Below, one piece after another: positions 58,724 to 64,000 of a stretch of 64,000 nt of DNA. Origin of the DNA: an uncultured Chloroflexia bacterium (GTDB lineage Bacteria > Chloroflexota > Limnocylindria > Limnocylindrales > CSP1-4); contig CAVVNQ010000004.1 in NCBI GenBank assembly GCA_963749705.1, forward strand, positions 86,454 to 150,453. Reading direction: 5' to 3'. The notes under the pieces are model-generated. The model made no database searches. It worked only from the letters and a program-made list of their open reading frames with translations, and was not told the origin of the DNA. A program made the translations under genes and the position numbers. The first letter of the stretch is position 1; every line of letters starts with the position of its first letter.

Positions 58724-60736
58724 CTAGCCCTCCCAGCCGCCGGCCAGGACGGGCAACCGGTCCCGCCAGGCACGACCCGCGATGGCACTCACCAGGATCG
58801 CCCCTTCCCGGATGCCCGCCTCGGACACGCGCAGGCGGTCGACGCCGTACCGGTCCAGGATCGCGTCCACGATCACGGCGCCGGCCGGCAGGATCCTGGC
58901 CCGGGTGTGGCGGAGCGTGTGACGCGCCGCGGTGTCGGCACTGGTCCCGACCGTCAGCATCGCGAGCGCGATCGTCACGCGGCGGCTGGTGAGGATGCTG
59001 TCGGACGTCCGTCCCGGCAGGATCCGCAACAGGTTGGACGCGGTTCCGCCGACCGCGACCATCTCCTCGGGACGGGCGTCGGGCGCGTCGGCGATGACGC
59101 GTCGAGCGTCGATGACCATGGCGTCGATCTCGTCCATCGTGGGCGGATCGGATCGAACGTGATCCTGCGTCAGGCGCGCTGATCCGAGCGGCAGGCCGAT
59201 GCACCGGGCGGGCTCGCCCGGCGAGGAGACGACGATCTCGGAGCTGCCGCCGCCGATGTCGACGACCATGATCTCGCGACCGGCGGCCCGTCCCATCGTG
59301 ACGCCCGCCAGCGTGAGCATGCCCTCTTCACGGTGGTCGAGGACGTACAGCGGCAGGCCAGTACGCGCCTCGACGTCGCGGACGAGGATCGCGGCATCGG
59401 CGGCGCGCCGGATCGGCTCGGTGCCCATCAGCACGACCTCGACGGCACCGAGGTTCCGGGCGGCCTCCGCGTATGTCGCCAGGGCAGCGACGAGGTCATC
59501 GCGCGCGGTCGCACCGAGGAAGCCATCCGTCGCCACGCGATCGCCCAGCCCGAGGAACACCAATTCGTCGAGCATCGGATCGAGCTGGTGGCCCCCGGCC
59601 GCGGCGACCAGGAGATGGACGCTGTTGGCGCCGATGTCGATGGATGCACCGACGACGAGCTCGGGACCGGTCACCAGCAGCGGCCGGGAGATCTCGATCA
59701 CGGTCACCGACGGTCCCTGGGGCTCCAACCCGGCGGCGGCTGCCGGCGGCAGGTCAGCTGCGAGCTCCGGCTCGGCGGCGGTGGACGGTTCGGGGGCGGC
59801 GGACGGTTCGTCCGGCGCGACGGGGGCCACGTCGTAGGCGTCCGGAACATCGTCATCGGGACTCGACATGTACGGCGGCGCGACCTGGGCGTCAAAGGCG
59901 AAGCCGGTTCGATCGGGTGACATGGCGAATGGCGGCTCGACCGGCCACGGATCGGACGGCGTTGCGAACGCCGGCTGCCGTGGTCCTGGCTCGGGTTCGG
60001 GTTCCGCCTCGAGGGGCGGCTCAGGTTCGAGCTCGAGGGCCGGCTCGGGCTCAGACTCCGGTTCCGGCTCCAGGGCGAGTTCGGGCTCGGGTTCGGGCTC
60101 GAGGGCGAGTTCGGGCTCCGGCTCGATGGCAGGTTCGGGCTCGAGGGCGAGTTCGGGCTCCGGCTCGATGGCCGGTTCGGGCTCGAGGGCAGGTTCGGGT
60201 TCGGGCTCGGGTTCGGGCTCGGGCTCGGGCGCCGATCCGACCTCGGGTTCCGATTCGACCTCGGCCTCCGGTTCGGGGTCGCGCTCGCGCCGCCCGACAC
60301 GGTCGACGATCCGCGACGCAGCGGGCTCAGCGGTCTGGCGGACGAGATCGGCGACCTCCTGGAGCACCGCTTCGGCAGCTGCGGCCATCTCGCCCGATTG
60401 CTCTGCCTGCTCCGGTACGGGCTCGGGCGCGGGCACGGCGACCCGCGCCGCGCGCTCTCGCTTGACCCGCCGAGCATCCGCATGCACATCGACCGCCGTT
60501 GCGGCGACGTCCGCGGCCGTTCGTTCGATCCTGCGGGCTGCTTTCGCCGCCCGCTTTGCTGCCTTGGCCGCCCGTTGCGCCGCCTTCTCGGCGGCGGCCG
60601 CCTCCCGCCGCGCCGCCCTGGCCCGCCGTTTCGCTTCCTTCCTTATGGCCTTCCGTTCCGCCTTGCGCGCGGCCTTGCGGGCGGCTTTCGCCTTCTTCGC
60701 GGCGCGCCTGCCGGCCTTTGCCTCGCGCTTCGACAT
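58724..60736 (-). CDS. ppx: Exopolyphosphatase (Ppx/GppA family) with an about 340-aa intrinsically disordered N-terminal extension (Lys/Ala-rich basic segment plus acidic Glu-Pro repeat segment)
   Basis: C-terminal about 330 aa are a Ppx/GppA domain ([30 protein letters not shown]). The in-frame upstream part encodes [18 protein letters not shown]... then [24 protein letters not shown] repeats. Start set at the ATG giving MSKREAKAG; an alternative ATG lies at 60922. Confidence 0.75.
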   Translation of the reverse strand: MSKREAKAGRRAAKKAKAARKAARKAERKAIRKEAKRRARAARREAAAAEKAAQRAAKAAKRAAKAARRIERTAADVAATAVDVHADARRVKRERAARVAVPAPEPVPEQAEQSGEMAAAAEAVLQEVADLVRQTAEPAASRIVDRVGRRERDPEPEAEVESEPEVGSAPEPEPEPEPEPEPALEPEPAIEPEPELALEPEPAIEPEPELALEPEPEPELALEPEPESEPEPALELEPEPPLEAEPEPEPGPRQPAFATPSDPWPVEPPFAMSPDRTGFAFDAQVAPPYMSSPDDDVPDAYDVAPVAPDEPSAAPEPSTAAEPELAADLPPAAAAGLEPQGPSVTVIEISRPLLVTGPELVVGASIDIGANSVHLLVAAAGGHQLDPMLDELVFLGLGDRVATDGFLGATARDDLVAALATYAEAARNLGAVEVVLMGTEPIRRAADAAILVRDVEARTGLPLYVLDHREEGMLTLAGVTMGRAAGREIMVVDIGGGSSEIVVSSPGEPARCIGLPLGSARLTQDHVRSDPPTMDEIDAMVIDARRVIADAPDARPEEMVAVGGTASNLLRILPGRTSDSILTSRRVTIALAMLTVGTSADTAARHTLRHTRARILPAGAVIVDAILDRYGVDRLRVSEAGIREGAILVSAIAGRAWRDRLPVLAGGWEG
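59990..60245. repeat. Hexanucleotide-periodic tandem repeat (GGCTCG/GGTTCG units, higher-order units of about 48 bp) encoding the Glu-Pro repeat of the ppx extension
   Basis: Direct reading of the sequence; the mirror-frame GS-rich ORF on the plus strand is its artefact. Confidence 0.7.
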
Positions 60737-61049
60737 TGCGTCGTCGGCCGGCTCCTGGTCCGGCGTCTCGCGGACGCCGCCCGCGCGCGGCAACCCTGTG
60801 CCCGTCGGCGGCACGTCCAGACCACCCGGCGCGCCCGCAAACGGGTTGTCGAGCCCGCTCGTCTCGCCGCTCCGACGCCAGTCGGTCCTGTCGTGATCAC
60901 CCACCGCACAAGTCTGCCCCACCCGCGGCCACCCTGCGAGGCCGGCGTGACCGCATGACGTGCTGCGGCGCCCGATCGCTCACGTTCGATGACCGACCCG
61001 GAACGGGACCGCGATTCGTGCACGGATCCCGAGCGGCATCCACCGAAGC

Positions 61050-61093
61050 GTTAACCCGCACTTAACGGTCCGCACATCAGCCGTTGACGGCCG
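61050..61093. promoter_or_regulatory. Four consecutive 11-nt direct-repeat units (GTTAACCcgca CTTAACGgtcc GCACATCagcc GTTGACGgccg) resembling actinobacterial PHO boxes, upstream of pstS
   Basis: 11-nt periodicity with GTT(A/C)AC(C/G) cores; located 77-120 nt upstream of the pstS GTG, in the pstS/ppx divergent region. Confidence 0.4.
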
Positions 61094-61169
61094 GGCTCGA
61101 ACGTGAGAGCGGCAAGAGACGGAATCACTGCACGGCGCGTGGCGCCGGCCAACCCACGGAGGAGTCCTG

Positions 61170-62321
61170 GTGACCATCACCCCTGCGAGGCGCCTCGGCG
61201 CGATCGCCCTCGCCGCGACCATGTTCGTCGCCGCCTGCGGCGGCTCCGGCGCCACCACCGCGCCCACCGACCAGTCGGCGGCAAGCATGGCTCCCGGATC
61301 CTCGGGCGACGCGATGACCGGACCCGAGCCCGGCACGGCGAGCCTCGTGCTCCAGGGCGCCGGTGCCACCTTCCCGGCCCCCCTGTACCAGGTCTGGTTC
61401 GAGAAGTACACGGAGCTGCACGGCAACATCCAGTTCGACTACCAGGCGATCGGCTCCGGCGGTGGCATCAAGGCCATCACCGAGCAGACCGTGGACTTCG
61501 GCGCATCCGATGCAGCGATGAAGGACAGCGAGATCTCCGCGCTCCCGGCCGGCGTCACGCTGCTCCATGTCCCGACCGCGCTGGGCGCCGTCGTGGTGAT
61601 CTTTAACGTCCCGGGCGTGACCGACCTGAACCTCGACGCCGACGCGGTGGCCGGGATCTTCCTGGGCACGATCACCAACTGGAACGACCCGAAGATCGCG
61701 GCGCTCAATCCCGGCGTCACGCTCCCCGACCTCGCGGTCACGGTCGTCCATCGCAGCGACGGCTCGGGCACGACCAACGCCTTCACCACCTACCTCGACA
61801 CGGTCAGCCCTGACTGGCACGCGGGTCCCGGTGCGGGCAAGGAGGTCAACTGGCCGGTGGGCATCGGTGCCCCGGGCAACGACGGCGTCGCCGGCGGCGT
61901 CAAGCAGACCGACGGGACGGTGGGCTACGTCGAGCTCAACTACGCCGCGCAGGCCGGGCTGACGTCGGCCAAGGTCAAGAACGCCGACGGCCAGTTCGTC
62001 GCCGGATCGACCGCCGGCGTCACCGCTGCCGCGGAAGCCGCCGCCACCACCTTCCCCGCCGACTTCCGCCAGGCCCCGATCATCAACGGTGCGGGCGCCT
62101 CGACCTATCCGATCGCTTCCTACACCTACCTGCTGATCCCGGTCGACTGGACCGACGCTGACAAGGCGCAGGCGATGGTCGCGTTCACCTACTGGGCGCT
62201 GACCGACGGCCAGGCGGACGAGGACGGGCTGGGCTACGCACCGCTCCCCGCCCCGATCCAGCAGAAGTCGCTCGACGAGCTCCACAAGGTCATGGCCAAC
62301 GGGTCCGCCGTCTGGCCCTGA
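61170..62321 (+). CDS. pstS: Phosphate ABC transporter substrate-binding lipoprotein
   Basis: Lipobox FVAACGG and PstS motifs (GAGATFPAPLYQVW, HRSDGSGTT); GTG start with a GGAGG ribosome-binding site. Confidence 0.85.
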   Translation: MTITPARRLGAIALAATMFVAACGGSGATTAPTDQSAASMAPGSSGDAMTGPEPGTASLVLQGAGATFPAPLYQVWFEKYTELHGNIQFDYQAIGSGGGIKAITEQTVDFGASDAAMKDSEISALPAGVTLLHVPTALGAVVVIFNVPGVTDLNLDADAVAGIFLGTITNWNDPKIAALNPGVTLPDLAVTVVHRSDGSGTTNAFTTYLDTVSPDWHAGPGAGKEVNWPVGIGAPGNDGVAGGVKQTDGTVGYVELNYAAQAGLTSAKVKNADGQFVAGSTAGVTAAAEAAATTFPADFRQAPIINGAGASTYPIASYTYLLIPVDWTDADKAQAMVAFTYWALTDGQADEDGLGYAPLPAPIQQKSLDELHKVMANGSAVWP

Positions 62322-62346
62322 GCCAATCCCTCGCACTCCCTCCTCC

Positions 62347-62382
62347 GCCGACCGGTCCCGCATCTCGGAGCGGGACCGGTCG
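62347..62382 (+). terminator. Perfect 14-bp stem hairpin (CCGACCGGTCCCGC-N8-GCGGGACCGGTCGG) immediately downstream of pstS; a terminator or attenuator, with no U-tract
   Basis: Direct reading of the sequence; positioned between pstS and pstC, as is common for differential pstS expression. Confidence 0.45.
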
Positions 62383-62444
62383 GTCCCGTTCGTCGGCACT
62401 ACCCTTGGCAACGTGACCCTTCCCCGCCATTCGAGGATCACCGC

Positions 62445-63407
62445 ATGACGACGCTCCAGGTCCCCGGACGACGGCTTGCCTCCGGCTCGGGCAAGGTCGC
62501 CGACCGCCTGTTCCGTGGCGGATCGGGCCTCGCCGCGTATGCGGTCGTCGGGATCCTGATCCTGCTGGCGGCGATGCTGACGCTGAGCAGCACCGAGGCC
62601 CTGACGCACTTCGGGATCGTCGAGTTCATCACGGGCACGACCTGGGACCCGGTCAACCGGATCTTCGGTGCGCTGCCGTACATCGTCGGCACGCTCCTGT
62701 CCGCCGCGATCGCGCTGGTCATCGCCACACCGATCGCGCTGCTCACCGCGATCTACCTCTCGGAGCTCGCGCCGCGCCGGGTCGCGATCCCGCTCACGTT
62801 CCTGGTCGAGCTGATCGCAGCGGTCCCATCCGTCGTCATCGGCCTGTGGGGCGTGTTCGTGCTGACGCCGTTCCTCAAGCTGACCGTCGAGTCCTTCCTC
62901 GTGAGCACCCTCGGCGGCTCGATCAGCATCTTCGAGGGGCCGCCGCTGGGGATCGGGCTGTTCGCCGCCGGCGTCATCCTCGCGATCATGATCCTGCCCA
63001 CCATCGTGTCCGTCTCGCGCGAGGTCATCACCTCGGTGCCGATGGCCCAGCGCGAAGCAATGTTCGCCCTCGGCGCCACGCGCTGGGAGGTGGTCACCAG
63101 GGCCGTCCTGCCGGCGGCCAGGTCGGGCATCGCCGGGGCGGTGATCCTGGGCCTGGGCCGCGCGCTGGGCGAGACGATGGCCGTGACCATGGTCATCGGC
63201 AACGCGCAGGACATCCCGACGTCGCTGTTCGACCAGTCGCAGACCATCGCGTCCAAGATCGCGACGACCTTCAACGAGGCGTCGGTCGGGCTCCAGACCT
63301 CGAGCCTCATCGCCCTCGGCCTGATCCTGCTGGTGCTGACGATCGGGCTCAACATCGTGGCCCGGTTGCTGGTGTGGCGGGTCGCCGGCGCGGTCGGCAC
63401 GGAGTGA
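62445..63407 (+). CDS. pstC: Phosphate ABC transporter permease PstC
   Basis: PstC-like six-transmembrane permease with an EAA loop region. Confidence 0.85.
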   Translation: MTTLQVPGRRLASGSGKVADRLFRGGSGLAAYAVVGILILLAAMLTLSSTEALTHFGIVEFITGTTWDPVNRIFGALPYIVGTLLSAAIALVIATPIALLTAIYLSELAPRRVAIPLTFLVELIAAVPSVVIGLWGVFVLTPFLKLTVESFLVSTLGGSISIFEGPPLGIGLFAAGVILAIMILPTIVSVSREVITSVPMAQREAMFALGATRWEVVTRAVLPAARSGIAGAVILGLGRALGETMAVTMVIGNAQDIPTSLFDQSQTIASKIATTFNEASVGLQTSSLIALGLILLVLTIGLNIVARLLVWRVAGAVGTE

Positions 63408-63411
63408 TGGC

Positions 63412-64000
63412 ATGACCGCAGGCTCCCCCGCCGTCGCTGCCCGGGGCGTGCTCAGGAGGTCGGCGTCCGATCGTCGCCGCAGCCTGGTCGACCGCACGTT
63501 CCGCGCCATCGCGCTGCTCGCAGCGATCAGCGGGATCGTGCCGCTCGCGTTCATCGTCGCGTTCGTGACGATCAACGGCATCGGTGCCCTCAACCTCGAC
63601 CTGCTGACCAGGCCGCCGAAGGCGCTTGGGCGTCGGCGGGGGTGCGCTGGCGGCGATCCTTGGCTCGCTCCAGCTGGTCGGCCTGGCCACGCTGCTGGCG
63701 GTCCCGTTCGGGATCCTCGCCGGCGTGTACGTCAACGAGTTCAGCGACCGGCGGTCCGCCCGCGTGATCCGGTTCGCGGCCGACGTCCTGGTGGGCGTCC
63801 CGTCGATCCTGGTCGGGATCTTCGTGTTCAGCTTCCTGGTGCTGCCGTTCAAGCAGTTCAACGCGTTCGCCGGCGCGGTGGCCCTGGCCGTGATCATGGT
63901 CCCGGTGATCATGCGCACGACCGAGGAGATGCTCAAGATCGTCCCCGGCACGCTCCGGGAGGCGTCGCTGTCGCTGGGCATCCCGGTCTGGCGGACGGTG
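63412..64000 (+). CDS. pstA: Phosphate ABC transporter permease PstA, 5' portion (the gene continues beyond the window); apparent +1 frameshift near 63628-63642
   Basis: PstA N-terminus in frame 1 up to LTRPPKALG. The conserved continuation GVGGGALAAILGSLQLVGLATLLAVPFGILAGVYVNEF...IMRTTEEMLKIVP is in frame 2. The junction lies at a GGCGGGGG homopolymer run. Confidence 0.75.
   Translation, partial: MTAGSPAVAARGVLRRSASDRRRSLVDRTFRAIALLAAISGIVPLAFIVAFVTINGIGALNLDLLTRPPKALGRRRGCAGGDPWLAPAGRPGHAAGGPVRDPRRRVRQRVQRPAVRPRDPVRGRRPGGRPVDPGRDLRVQLPGAAVQAVQRVRRRGGPGRDHGPGDHAHDRGDAQDRPRHAPGGVAVAGHPGLADG

Noticed and set aside
59990-60245. Periodic repeat considered as a possible CRISPR array or non-coding minisatellite
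   Set aside because: The units are 6 bp with no spacer structure, and they lie in frame inside the ppx coding sequence. No cas genes are present in the window.
59868-60896. Plus-strand ORF encoding a Gly/Ser-rich repeat protein
   Set aside because: It is the mirror frame of the Glu-Pro repeat of ppx. The ppx frame is continuous with a conserved Ppx/GppA domain, so the GS ORF is an artefact.
1-64000. Mobile elements or a prophage (searched for transposase, integrase, recombinase, phage structural genes, attachment-site repeats)
   Set aside because: No such ORFs or long terminal inverted repeats were found. The accessory blocks appear to be chromosomal islands without recognisable mobility genes in this window.

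Overview
A high-GC (about 70%) chromosomal segment, probably actinobacterial (F420-dependent Fgd, LAL-type LuxR regulators, PHO-box-like repeats, TAT/lipobox signals). Gene content, in order: the C-terminal end of an ABC exporter; a partial arginine cluster argC-argJ-argB-argR-argG (no argD or argF; argH sits inverted 10 kb away); an accessory block (GAF histidine kinase, adenosine deaminase, two paralogous about 980-aa LAL/LuxR ATPase regulators bracketing a small secreted Cys protein, a DUF4242 protein and a Spo0M/arrestin-like protein); a galactoside/galactomannan utilisation cluster (galT, deoR, sugar ABC importer, GH2 beta-galactosidase, GH36 alpha-galactosidase, GH26-like lipoprotein, galK, ABC-2 exporter); MFS, F420-dependent G6P dehydrogenase, EamA and PfkB kinase genes; a 12-gene translationally coupled bacterial microcompartment (BMC) operon of the sugar-phosphate-utilising (SPU) type; a peptidase/acyltransferase block; a catalytically degenerate DNA-ligase homologue; and a polyphosphate/phosphate block (ppk1, CYTH-CHAD, ppx with a long disordered N-terminal extension, pstSCA) with PHO-box-like repeats. 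Three conserved genes (deoR-family, lacZ, pstA) each carry an apparent single-base frameshift. No tRNA, rRNA, CRISPR, transposase or integrase was recognised. Many long opposite-strand ORFs in the track are GC-rich artefacts and were ignored.
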